64,000 nucleotides of DNA. Source: Thermoplasmata archaeon. GTDB taxonomy: Archaea > Thermoplasmatota > Thermoplasmata > Lutacidiplasmatales > UBA184. Shown here in pieces: positions 34,183-43,063 of the stretch (position 1 is the first letter of the stretch; every line of letters starts with the position of its first letter). The notes beneath the pieces were generated by a model. The model searched no databases. It was not told the origin of the DNA and saw only the letters and a list, made by a program, of their open reading frames with translations. Location: positions 294,965 to 358,964 of the forward strand of contig JAKBSJ010000002.1 in the NCBI GenBank assembly GCA_021844945.1, in the 5' to 3' direction. Made by a program: the position numbers and the translations under genes.

Positions 34183-35639
34183 TTCGCAAGGGTCGGATCG
34201 CTTGCCACGAGCCGATCGATCGCCGCCCGGGTCGCGGGATCCGGCCGTATCTCCTCGGGCCAGGGACGGGGGAAACCGTCCTCGGGTCCCTTGCGGGTCG
34301 CATCGATCCCGATCTTCGCGCCGTAGTTCGGCACCGGGTTTGAGATGGACAGCTGGTCGACCGGGCCGTGGGAGAGCTCGATGTCCCGGCCCGGGTCCGC
34401 CTGGAGACCCACCCGGTAGAGGACCTCGCGCAGATCGTGGACGTCGATGTCGTCGTCGACGATCACGAGATAGCGAGTGAACATCATCTGGCCGAGGCCC
34501 CAGAGCGCATGCATCACTTTGCGCGGATGCCCGGGGTAACTCTTGCGGATCGAGACGATCCCGACGTTGATGAACAGTCCCTCGAGCGGGAGCTCCATGT
34601 CGACGATCTCCGGGAGGACCAGGCGCACGACCGGCAGGAAGATCCGCTCGACCGCCTTCCCGACGATGGCATCCTCCGTCGGGGGCTTACCGCTCACGGT
34701 GCCGAGATAGACGGGGCGCTCCCGGTGCGTGACGTGGGTCACGTGCAGTACCGGGAACTCTTCGGGAGCCGAGTAGTAGCCGGTGTGGTCGCCGAACGGC
34801 CCCTCCGTCCGGCTCTCGGTCGGATCGACGTACCCTTCCAGCACGAACTCGGCCTCCGCCGGGACGTCGAGGTCGATCGTCCGAGCTTTCACGAGCTCGA
34901 TCGGCTCGCGGCGCAGGAAGCCGCCAAACACGAAATTGGAGATCCCCTCGGGGACCGGGGCGAGGCCCGAGAAGACGGTCGCGGGGTCTGCGCCGATGGC
35001 AACCGCGACCGACATCCGCTCGCCTCGAGCGGCCCACTTGCGCAGGTTGCTCCGTCCGACCCGATGGATCTGAACGTGGAATCCTAGGGTGTCCGGTCCG
35101 TACTGCTGGAGGCGGTAGATCCCGGTGTGGGACTCTCCCGTCTCGGGATCGCGGGTGATCACGATCGGGAAGGTGATCGTCCGGCCACCGTCCTTCGGCC
35201 AGCACTTCAGGATCGGGATGCGGTCGAGGTCGACGCGCTCCTCCTCCACGTCCTGACACGGTCCGGATCGGACATGCTTCGGCGCGAGCGAGCGAAGGGT
35301 GCCGAGAGCCTCCATCGTGCCGGAGATGTCGCGAACGGCGCCGAGCACGCCCGCCGGCGGACGCAGGTGAACGAGCCGCTCCACCCGTTGAGCGGTCGCG
35401 TCGACGGTCTCGTCACCGAAGGCGAGCGCGATACGACGCGGCGATCCTAGGAGATTCGTGACGATCGGGTAGGCCGCGCCCGGGGAGTTCTCAAAGAGCA
35501 GTGCCGGCCCGTCCCGACGGACCGCGCGCTGGGTCGCTTCGGCGATCTCGAGATCGCGGGAGACCGCCGAGCGGATCCGCACGAGATCCCCTCGGCGCTC
35601 GAGTTCGGTTAAGAACTCACCGAGCGAGCGATAGGCCAT
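34158..35639 (-). CDS. ubiD: UbiD-family (prFMN-dependent) decarboxylase
   Basis: MAYRSLGEFLTELERRGDLVRI.., YRLQ..GFH, FGDHTGYYS. Start at ATG 35639. The upstream 157 codons of the 650-aa ORF are a stop-free extension. Confidence 0.9.
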   Translation of the reverse strand: MAYRSLGEFLTELERRGDLVRIRSAVSRDLEIAEATQRAVRRDGPALLFENSPGAAYPIVTNLLGSPRRIALAFGDETVDATAQRVERLVHLRPPAGVLGAVRDISGTMEALGTLRSLAPKHVRSGPCQDVEEERVDLDRIPILKCWPKDGGRTITFPIVITRDPETGESHTGIYRLQQYGPDTLGFHVQIHRVGRSNLRKWAARGERMSVAVAIGADPATVFSGLAPVPEGISNFVFGGFLRREPIELVKARTIDLDVPAEAEFVLEGYVDPTESRTEGPFGDHTGYYSAPEEFPVLHVTHVTHRERPVYLGTVSGKPPTEDAIVGKAVERIFLPVVRLVLPEIVDMELPLEGLFINVGIVSIRKSYPGHPRKVMHALWGLGQMMFTRYLVIVDDDIDVHDLREVLYRVGLQADPGRDIELSHGPVDQLSISNPVPNYGAKIGIDATRKGPEDGFPRPWPEEIRPDPATRAAIDRLVASDPTLAKWFGPAPP

Positions 35640-35720
35640 GGCGCCCGGCGAGCCACCGGCGATATTTAACGCGCGGAGGCGCCGGCTAGGTTCATATCGA
35701 AACCCCTCTCCTTCCGCACG

Positions 35721-36455
35721 ATGCAGACCGTCACGCTCGAGTTCCCGACCGAGCACCTGATCGCGCTCGGACTCATCCCCTCCCGCTTCTTCGATCGCTA
35801 CGAGGAAGTGGAGCTCCTCGAGACCCTCCGCCTCGAGCGCGGGTGGCGCCTCCAGCTTGTGCGGGTCCGCCGACGGGGCCCGCTTCGCTCGGTCCAGGAG
35901 CTCGCGCACGAGTCGCGACGGATCCGTCAGGCCTACGGGCTCACGAGCTTCGAGCTCCTCGAACGGCGGCCGCGCACGCGGGACTACATCCTTCTCGTCC
36001 GCCAGCGCAACCCCGAGAGCCTCCGCGCACTGGTCGGTCTCGCCGGCGGCCAGATCGCTCCGACCGCGCCGTTCCGGATGACCCCGGCCACCGTGATCGC
36101 CTCGTTCCACGGGGAGGAGCGTGCGCTACGCCGCGTCCTGCGGCGACTTCGGCAGATGGAATTTCCGTTCCGCATCGTCCGCGCTTCCCACCGCCCGTTC
36201 CACGACCCGGAACAACCGGCCGATCCCACGGAACTTCAGTCCGAGCTGATTGCGCGAGCCTGGGTGCTCGGCTACTACGCCGTCCCGCGTCGAATCACGC
36301 TCTCTCGCCTCGCCCGGCTCACCGGCCGCAGCGCTCCGGCCTTGGGGAAGATTCTGCGGAGGGCGGAGGGGCGCTTGGTAGCTCGGTTCCTTACCGGACG
36401 GGTGCCGCTCGCACCGGCCGACGCGGAGGGTCGGCCGTCCGGACCGACCGCCTAA
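35721..36455 (+). CDS. HTH_10 (Bat/bacterio-opsin-activator-type) DNA-binding protein
   Basis: C-terminal TELQSELIARAWVLGYYAVPRRITLSRLARLTGRSAPALGKILRRAEGRLVARFL is the typical HTH_10 signature. It is divergent from ubiD-ubiA. Confidence 0.75.
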   Translation: MQTVTLEFPTEHLIALGLIPSRFFDRYEEVELLETLRLERGWRLQLVRVRRRGPLRSVQELAHESRRIRQAYGLTSFELLERRPRTRDYILLVRQRNPESLRALVGLAGGQIAPTAPFRMTPATVIASFHGEERALRRVLRRLRQMEFPFRIVRASHRPFHDPEQPADPTELQSELIARAWVLGYYAVPRRITLSRLARLTGRSAPALGKILRRAEGRLVARFLTGRVPLAPADAEGRPSGPTA

Positions 36456-36917
36456 ATGCCCCCTCGGCTCGCTCGCTACATGCCGCGTCGCTCTCGCGTG
36501 GTCACGGTCGAGGTAGTGGCGGCGGGCGCGAAGGTCCCGTATCGGGCGACCGATGGATCGGCCGCGTTCGATCTCGCGAGTCGGGTACGGATCTCGCTCC
36601 GTGCCGGGGTCGTCACGAAGGTCCCGACGGGGCTCAAGCTGCGCGCCCCGAGGGGAACGTTCCTCGAGGTGCGGCCCCGTAGCGGCCTTGCTTCCCGTGG
36701 CGTGCTGATGACGAACGCCCCGGGGACGATCGATCGAGACTATTCCGGCGAGGTGTTCGTTCCGTTGACATACCTGTTTCGAGGCCGGTACTGGATCGAA
36801 GCGGGCGACCGCATCGCCCAGGTCCGCGTCGTTCCGGACGAACCGACCGCGTTCCGCCGGGGGAGGGTCGCGCCGATGCGCTCTCGATCCGGAGGATTCG
36901 GGAGCACCGGCCGCTGA
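36456..36917 (+). CDS. dut: dUTP diphosphatase (trimeric dUTPase)
   Basis: GSAAFDL, RPRSGLASRG, GTIDRDYSGEV, C-terminal RSGGFGSTG (motif 5). It starts directly after the upstream stop. Confidence 0.9.
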   Translation: MPPRLARYMPRRSRVVTVEVVAAGAKVPYRATDGSAAFDLASRVRISLRAGVVTKVPTGLKLRAPRGTFLEVRPRSGLASRGVLMTNAPGTIDRDYSGEVFVPLTYLFRGRYWIEAGDRIAQVRVVPDEPTAFRRGRVAPMRSRSGGFGSTGR

Positions 36918-36931
36918 TCCCGCGACCGGGG

Positions 36932-38542
36932 TCACCGGTCGTATTCGTCCAGCACGGTCTGGATCGACGGATCGATCACCGGGGGCCGCAGCGTGCCGGC
37001 ACGGGCCTCGGCCTCCACCTCTTCGAGCATCGCGTGCATCCGGCGCTCGCGGGCGAACGAAGCGCGATGCATTCCCTCGTCCCGGGTGCCGCGCGCCACG
37101 AGCACGAGCGCTCGCCCGGCCCGCGCCCGACCCGTTCGCCCCCGCCGCTGGATCGTGCGGATCACGTCGGGGATCGGCTCGTAGAAGACCACCAGATCGG
37201 TGGACGGGATATCGAGCCCCTCTTCGGCGACCGATGTGGCGACGAGGCAGTTCACCTCACCGCGCCGGAACCGGTCGAGCAACGCGACCTGCTCCTTCTG
37301 GCTCAACCCCACGTCCGCGCCATGCGTGGCCTGGCCCACGAAGCGGGCCGGGCGAACGATGCCCGCGGCCTCCGTCTCGAGGGCTTGGACGAGCCGGTCG
37401 ACCGTGTCCCGGTACTGGGAGAAGACGATCACTCGGGCGTTCGGGCGGTCGCGCAGCTCCGCCCGAACCACGCCCACCGCCGTCGTGAGCTTCGGGTGCT
37501 CGATCGCCTCCGTCGCCAAGCGCCGACGGACCTCAATCACATCCGGGTCCCCGAGGAACGCTCGCTGGGCCGGCGTGACCCGGCCCCGATCGGGCTCGGC
37601 CTGCCGATCAAGGAACGCTCGGAGCGCATCGACCCCCTGGCTCTCCGCGAGCTCGAGAGCGTGCAGTCCCTTCATCGCGACGGACTGCGCGGTGACCGCG
37701 GCCCACACCGCGGCCGGGGCCGGTTCTCCTCGGGACCGATGGGCGCTCAGTTCTCGATGGAGCCGAGTCCCAACGTCGAGCAACGCCCGACGCGACATCT
37801 CGCCCGGCGCTACGAGCCCGCTCTGACTGAGCCGCTCCACGGCGCGGGCAACGGCGGCGCGCAAAAGGATCGCCACATGTTGCATCTCGGGCGGCAGGGG
37901 GATCTCCACGGTCTCCACCCCGACGGAGTGGATGTACGGCACCACGTCCGGCGAATGCTCGGTCCGATACTCGAAGTGCTCGAGATGCAGGTTGTACCAG
38001 ACCTCCTCGATGCGCTGCTTGCGCGCACCGGGCGAGGCCGTCATGGCGAGGACGCGCGCCCCTCGCCCCTCCGCGTTGCGCCGCCCGATCGCGACGTACG
38101 GGTAGTCCCCGACGGCGCGGTGCGCCTCGTCAAAGACGATCAGCGAAAATCTATCCAGTGTGAACCCCTCGTGGAGGAGGTCGTTCGCGATCACCTGGGG
38201 CGTCGCGACCACGATCTGCGGAGGGTGAACCAGCTCGCTCCGACGCTCGGGCGTGATCGCGCCGGTCAGGACCAGAGGTTTCGGCCCAGCCACCGTATCG
38301 GCAACGGACCGAGCGTGCTGCACGACGAGCGGGCGGGTCGGAGCGAGCAGGAGGACCGACTCGGTCGGGCGGCGATCGAGGAACTCCGCGATGACCCGCA
38401 GCGCGATCGCGGTCTTCCCGAGCCCGGTCGGGAGGACGACCAGCGTGTTGCGCGCGACGGCGACTCGCGCGATATCGGCCTGATAGCGCCGATCCTCGAG
38501 CGAGCCGGGACGTATCCTCGGGTGCTCTACGACCGTCGCCAT
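36932..38542 (-). CDS. hef: Hef/FANCM-family SF2 helicase (helicase module only, no ERCC4 nuclease domain)
   Basis: EDRRYQADIA, VLPTGLGKT, FDEAH, MTASPG, VFSQYRDT, QRRGRTGR. The ORF ends about 70 aa after motif VI. Confidence 0.8.
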   Translation of the reverse strand: MATVVEHPRIRPGSLEDRRYQADIARVAVARNTLVVLPTGLGKTAIALRVIAEFLDRRPTESVLLLAPTRPLVVQHARSVADTVAGPKPLVLTGAITPERRSELVHPPQIVVATPQVIANDLLHEGFTLDRFSLIVFDEAHRAVGDYPYVAIGRRNAEGRGARVLAMTASPGARKQRIEEVWYNLHLEHFEYRTEHSPDVVPYIHSVGVETVEIPLPPEMQHVAILLRAAVARAVERLSQSGLVAPGEMSRRALLDVGTRLHRELSAHRSRGEPAPAAVWAAVTAQSVAMKGLHALELAESQGVDALRAFLDRQAEPDRGRVTPAQRAFLGDPDVIEVRRRLATEAIEHPKLTTAVGVVRAELRDRPNARVIVFSQYRDTVDRLVQALETEAAGIVRPARFVGQATHGADVGLSQKEQVALLDRFRRGEVNCLVATSVAEEGLDIPSTDLVVFYEPIPDVIRTIQRRGRTGRARAGRALVLVARGTRDEGMHRASFARERRMHAMLEEVEAEARAGTLRPPVIDPSIQTVLDEYDR

Positions 38543-38606
38543 CCTCGCTCCGGACCCGGCGAGCCACCGGTCGGGCCTTTAATAGCCGCGGACTCGCCCG
38601 GGTGCG

Positions 38607-39755
38607 ATGCTCGCGATGGTCTGGGTCGTCGTCCTTCTCTTCGCATCGGCCCTCGCGATCCTCTATCAGGGCATCGCCATCGTGTTCGCCTACCAGATGC
38701 CCACTCTCGACCCCCTCGACCCGCGGGGCCCGGAGGCTCGACCCCCTCTCCCACGCATCAGCGTGGTCATCGCGGCCCGCAACGAGTTCGACGACCTTCC
38801 GGCGACGCTCGATTCGCTGCTCGCGCAGGACCTGCCGATTGATGAGATCGTCGTGGTCGACGGAGCCTCGACCGACGGTACGTCGGACGTCGCTCGGGCG
38901 CACGCGCCGAAGGTGCGCCTGATCGAGGAACCTCCCCTACCGGCGGGTTGGGTGGGAAAGAGCTGGGCGTGCGCGGTCGGAGCGCGCGCGACCCAGGGCG
39001 AATGGATCCTCTTCCTCGACGCGGACGTGCGCCTCCACCCGGCGGCGGTGAGGACCGCCCTCGCTTGGGCGACCCGAGAGTCCGCAGACTTGGCCTCCCT
39101 CGCGACGCGCATCGAGGTCGGCTCGACCTGGGAGCGGATCGTGATGCCGTTCTACGTCCAGATGGTGCTCACCTACCTGCGCGCCCCCCGCGTCAATCGG
39201 GACACCTCCTCCGCCGCGATGGCCAACGGCCAGTTCACGCTGGTCCGTCGCGCGGCGTACGAAGTGGTCGGGGGCCATGAGGCGATCCGCACGCAGCTGG
39301 TCGAGGACGTGGCGCTCGCCCAGCAATTCCGGGCGCACGGACTTCGCTTGAGGGTCGCCTGGGCTCCCGAGCTCGCCCATACCCGGATGTACCGCTCCCG
39401 CTCCGAGATCTCCGAGGGGATCCTCAAGACGGTGCACGGCACGCGGTATTCGACCGCGGTACAGATCGGCCGCATCGTCGGCCTCGTCGGTCTCTTCTGG
39501 CTCCCACTCGGGGTCCTCCCGCTCGGGATCGTGACCGCGGATCCGATTCTCATCGGTACGGGAGCCTTCCTCTACGTCGCGTTGTTCGGTAAGCACATCG
39601 CGTTCGCCCACGCCGTTCGGGCGCCGGCGGCCTACGGACTGCTCTATCCGGTCGCGGTCGCCTTCTTCGTCGTCCTGCTCGCGCGCTCGATCCGGAGAGG
39701 AGCCGGGGATCGTCCGGTAGAGTGGAAGGGCCGCGAATACTCCCTGCGCGGCTGA
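38607..39755 (+). CDS. family 2 glycosyltransferase, membrane-anchored
   Basis: ISVVIAARNE, VVVDGASTDGT, FLDADV (DxD), NGQFTLVRR, LVEDVALA, with flanking TM segments. Confidence 0.8.
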   Translation: MLAMVWVVVLLFASALAILYQGIAIVFAYQMPTLDPLDPRGPEARPPLPRISVVIAARNEFDDLPATLDSLLAQDLPIDEIVVVDGASTDGTSDVARAHAPKVRLIEEPPLPAGWVGKSWACAVGARATQGEWILFLDADVRLHPAAVRTALAWATRESADLASLATRIEVGSTWERIVMPFYVQMVLTYLRAPRVNRDTSSAAMANGQFTLVRRAAYEVVGGHEAIRTQLVEDVALAQQFRAHGLRLRVAWAPELAHTRMYRSRSEISEGILKTVHGTRYSTAVQIGRIVGLVGLFWLPLGVLPLGIVTADPILIGTGAFLYVALFGKHIAFAHAVRAPAAYGLLYPVAVAFFVVLLARSIRRGAGDRPVEWKGREYSLRG

Positions 39756-39802
39756 CAACGTGAGTAAGGCCTAATGCGCCCGAACGGTTCGAGCTGCGCA
39801 TC

Positions 39803-41314
39803 ATGAACGCCGCGGAGCCGGCCCGGTTCGACCTCTTCATCGACGGCCAGGAGATTTCCGGCCAGAAGGGGGAGCGCGCGACGCTGAAGGACCCCGCGAG
39901 CGGGCACGCCATCGCATCCGTCGCGATCGCCGGACGCGATGAGGCGCTCCACGCCCTGGAGGCGGCGGACCGCGCATTCCGCGAGAGCCCTTGGGCCCAG
40001 GACGACGGAGCGCTGCGGGCCCGGGTCCTGAGGCGCCTCGCGGATCGGCTCGAGGCGGACGCGGAGTCGTTCGCGCGCCTCGAGACGGTCAACATGGGCA
40101 AGACCTTGCGCGAAGCGAGGGGCGATGTCGCCTTCGTCGTGCGCACGCTCGAGTACGCGAGCGGGCTCGCCGACAAGATCGAGGGGGAGACGATCCCGGT
40201 TCCCCCGCCCCGGTTCGACTATACCGTGCGGGAGCCGCTGGGCGTCACGGTGCACATCGCCCCCTGGAACTACCCGTTGCTCCTCGCAATCCGCTCCGTG
40301 GCTCCCGCGCTCGCGTCCGGCAACTCGGTCGTCCTCAAGCCCGCGAGCCTCACCCCGCTGACGGCCGTGTCGTTCGCCCGCCTGGCCCACGCAGGGGGGG
40401 TCCCCCCGGGGATCCTCAACGTCGTGATGGGACCCGGGCGCGAGGTCGGCGAAGCGTTGGTCACCGACGAGCGATGCCGCGCCGTATCCTTCACGGGAAG
40501 CGTCGAGGTGGGGCTCCGGATCGGCGAAATTGCCGGGCGACGGGCGATCCCCCAGACGCTCGAGCTCGGAGGGAAGAGCCCGGTCCTCGTTCTACCGGAC
40601 GCGGACCTCGACCGCGCCGCGCGTGGGATCGGCTTCGGGATCTTCGGTAACGCGGGGCAGATGTGCTGGGCGGCCTCGCGGCTGATCGTCCACGAGAGCG
40701 TACGGGTACCGCTCCTCGGGAAGGTCCGCGCCTTTGCGGAGGCGCTGAAGCTCGGCCCCGGCATCGAGGACGGGATCGATATGGGACCGTTGGTCTCCGC
40801 CGACCAGGTCGATCGCGTGCTCGGCTACATCGATGCGGCCCGCCAGGACGGGGGCAAGGTCATTACCGGGGGAGGGCGGCCGGACGACCCGAGGCTCGCC
40901 CCCGGCAACTTCGTTCGGCCGACGATCGTCGAAGAGGTACCTCCCACGTCGAGGGCGGTCCGCGAGGAGATCTTCGGGCCGGTCCTCTCGGTCTCCTCCT
41001 TCCGGGAGGTCGAGGAGGCGATCCGGCTCGCGAACGACACTCGCTTCGGTCTCTTCGCCGCCCTCTGGACCAAGGACGTCGGCGCGGCGCATTCGCTCGC
41101 ACGGCGCCTCCACGCCGGGATGATCGCGATCAACGACCCCCCGAACACGTTCCCGCAGACCCCGTTCGGCGGCGTAAAGGACAGCGGGGTCGGGTCGGAG
41201 CAGGGTCGAAAGAGCATCGAGTTCTTCACCCGGACCAAGAACGTCCTCGTCCACCTCGGGACCCCTGGGAAGAGACCGGCGCCCGCGTCGGTTCGTACGA
41301 AACCCCCAAAGTAA
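39803..41314 (+). CDS. NAD(P)+-dependent aldehyde dehydrogenase
   Basis: APWNYPLL, FTGSVEVG, LELGGKSP, GQMCWAASRLIVHE (catalytic Cys), EEIFGPV. Confidence 0.9.
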   Translation: MNAAEPARFDLFIDGQEISGQKGERATLKDPASGHAIASVAIAGRDEALHALEAADRAFRESPWAQDDGALRARVLRRLADRLEADAESFARLETVNMGKTLREARGDVAFVVRTLEYASGLADKIEGETIPVPPPRFDYTVREPLGVTVHIAPWNYPLLLAIRSVAPALASGNSVVLKPASLTPLTAVSFARLAHAGGVPPGILNVVMGPGREVGEALVTDERCRAVSFTGSVEVGLRIGEIAGRRAIPQTLELGGKSPVLVLPDADLDRAARGIGFGIFGNAGQMCWAASRLIVHESVRVPLLGKVRAFAEALKLGPGIEDGIDMGPLVSADQVDRVLGYIDAARQDGGKVITGGGRPDDPRLAPGNFVRPTIVEEVPPTSRAVREEIFGPVLSVSSFREVEEAIRLANDTRFGLFAALWTKDVGAAHSLARRLHAGMIAINDPPNTFPQTPFGGVKDSGVGSEQGRKSIEFFTRTKNVLVHLGTPGKRPAPASVRTKPPK

Positions 41315-41343
41315 CCCCCTCGGGTCTCTCCCTCGAGGTTGCG

Positions 41344-41973
41344 GTGAGCGCTCCGGTCGACCCGCGCGCGTGGGGGAGCTGCCTATACTGCGGCGACGCG
41401 GTCCCGCCGGATTCCAAAGCCTGTCCGATCTGCGGGGCCGAGAACCCGATCCGCGCGGGCCAGGCCCCGAAGGAGCCGAAGAGGGTCCGGAGACGTATCT
41501 GGGCGCTCGGGACCCTGCGGAGCGTGCTCGTTTTTGGTGCGATCGCGCTGCTCGTCTATGCGATCATCGCCGCGGAGCTATCGGGCCCACCGGTCATCGC
41601 CGACCCGCTGACGCACAGCGGTACCTACTACATTTCGTCCGAGAACTACACGGTCCTCTCGGGCTCGGTGCAGGGAGGGGATTACATCCTCGGCAACTGG
41701 TCGGTGATGGTGCCGTTCGCCGGCGAGATGAGCCTCGTGATCTACAATAGTACCGAATTCACGCAATTCCAAGCCGGAGACAATACGGCCAATCAGACGT
41801 GGGTGGCCCCCACGACGAACGGGCAGATCGACTTCAGCGCGCTCTACACCAGCACGTTCTACTTCGTTTTCGAGAACCCCTACCCCGCGTCGAGCGGCCT
41901 CAACGAGAAGGTCTACATCTCGACGGCCTACACACCGGACGTGAATTCGTTCGACGGCGGGCTGATGCGTTAG
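41344..41973 (+). CDS. membrane-anchored protein: N-terminal zinc ribbon, one TM, extracytoplasmic domain with N-glycosylation sequons
   Basis: GTG 41344 lies in the frame of ORF 40663..41973. CLYCGDAVPPDSKACPICG; TM LVFGAIALLVYAIIAA; sequons NYT, NWS, NST, NQT. Confidence 0.6.
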   Translation: MSAPVDPRAWGSCLYCGDAVPPDSKACPICGAENPIRAGQAPKEPKRVRRRIWALGTLRSVLVFGAIALLVYAIIAAELSGPPVIADPLTHSGTYYISSENYTVLSGSVQGGDYILGNWSVMVPFAGEMSLVIYNSTEFTQFQAGDNTANQTWVAPTTNGQIDFSALYTSTFYFVFENPYPASSGLNEKVYISTAYTPDVNSFDGGLMR

Positions 41974-41991
41974 CCGCGGGAGGGGCGAGGT

Positions 41992-42642
41992 CTACGCGGC
42001 CGGTTCGGCCGTCGGAGCGCGCCGGAGGTATTCCGGTGGCACCGAATCGATCAGGAACACCGTGGTTCCGGCCCGCATGATCACGAGCCCCGCCGCTCGC
42101 GCGGCTCGCGTGTCGACCTCGAGGATCACGGGTTGCGGCGTTCGGACGCTGCCCGCCGCCCGCGCGTCCTCGGCGGTCTTCGACAGGTGGACCTTTTTTC
42201 GGTCGGACGGCCGGAGCCCGACTTCGAGGACGATCGGCGCCTCTTCTTCGGTCACCGGATAGTAGAGCAGGTCCGGCACCCGGTCGGTCGGGAGATCGAG
42301 CTGAACGTCCACCGTGTGGGCGTACGTCGCGCGAATCCGATCGTCCCGGACCTCGTAGCGACCCTTCGCGTCGGTCTCGGCGATCGCGACCAGGTGGTGG
42401 ACCCGCAGCCATTGGTATCCGCGGTGGCGCTGGCTGATCGCGCGCACGATCTGGGGGAGGGAGACCCAGCCGTGTTCGTCCATCGTGAGGCCGTAGCGCT
42501 CGGGAAAGTGACGGAGGATCCCGGTCAGCACGCGACCGATGTGATCGAGCTCCCGGTCGTCCATGAGGAACCGGCCCTCCTGACCGCACTGCGGGCACTC
42601 CGGCCCGCGGAAGTAGCCGTGCTGCTCGCACTCCTTCAGCAT
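41992..42642 (-). CDS. kptA: RNA 2'-phosphotransferase (Tpt1/KptA) with N-terminal CxxC..CxxC knuckle
   Basis: LTGILRHFPERYGLTMDEHGWVSL, HHLVAI.., VHLS are Tpt1 motifs. N-terminus MLKECEQHGYFRGPECPQCG. Confidence 0.85.
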   Translation of the reverse strand: MLKECEQHGYFRGPECPQCGQEGRFLMDDRELDHIGRVLTGILRHFPERYGLTMDEHGWVSLPQIVRAISQRHRGYQWLRVHHLVAIAETDAKGRYEVRDDRIRATYAHTVDVQLDLPTDRVPDLLYYPVTEEEAPIVLEVGLRPSDRKKVHLSKTAEDARAAGSVRTPQPVILEVDTRAARAAGLVIMRAGTTVFLIDSVPPEYLRRAPTAEPAA

Positions 42643-42656
42643 GGAGCCGGGCCTCC

Positions 42657-42944
42657 TTACGCCTTGACCCGGCCCGCCTTCTTGTCGAAATCGGTGAGCA
42701 GGTCCCCGTATCCGTCGGCGAGGTCCTTCAAGACCCGTTTCAGGACCTGCTGGGGTTTCTCGCCCTTAGTTCTGAGGTAGAGCGTCGGGCGGTCGAGGTA
42801 GGGATGGCCCAAGTAGTAACGGGCCTCCACGACCTTCTCCTCGGCCTGAAGGGCTTCGACGAGCGGGATGAGCAGCGTCTCCTCCCCCTTGGGGAGCTCG
42901 AGCCGCAACGTATCGTGCTCGTTCTCGGCGACCCGAACGTCCAT
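42657..42944 (-). CDS. rpoL: DNA-directed RNA polymerase subunit L (Rpo11)
   Basis: MDVRVAENEHDTLRLELPKGEETLLIPLVEALQAEEKVVEARYYLGHPYLDRPTLYLRTKG matches the RpoL pattern. Start at ATG 42944. Confidence 0.85.
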   Translation of the reverse strand: MDVRVAENEHDTLRLELPKGEETLLIPLVEALQAEEKVVEARYYLGHPYLDRPTLYLRTKGEKPQQVLKRVLKDLADGYGDLLTDFDKKAGRVKA

Positions 42945-43031
42945 CGTCGCGACCTGAGTGGCGCCCACCTTCGCTCCGTTCATAAGGGTGGCGGGCGCCG
43001 GAACGCTCGCCGGCGGCGTGCGCCGACGTCC

Positions 43032-43038
43032 CTATAAC
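43032..43038 (+). promoter_or_regulatory. TATA-like CTATAAC, 29 nt upstream of the purD ATG
   Basis: A/T hexamer in a GC-rich spacer at canonical archaeal TATA-to-start distance for a leaderless mRNA. Confidence 0.4.
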
Positions 43039-43063
43039 CGCGCGCGCGTCCTCGGGGGAGTAC

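Noticed and set aside
34158-36110. Full 650-aa reading of the ubiD ORF
   Set aside because: The first 157 codons overlap the divergent HTH_10 gene and lack UbiD similarity. The canonical UbiD N-terminus begins at ATG 35639.
37034-38842. 602-aa plus-strand ORF opposite the Hef helicase
   Set aside because: A shadow ORF of low-complexity R/P/G/D composition. The minus-strand frame carries all the SF2 helicase motifs.
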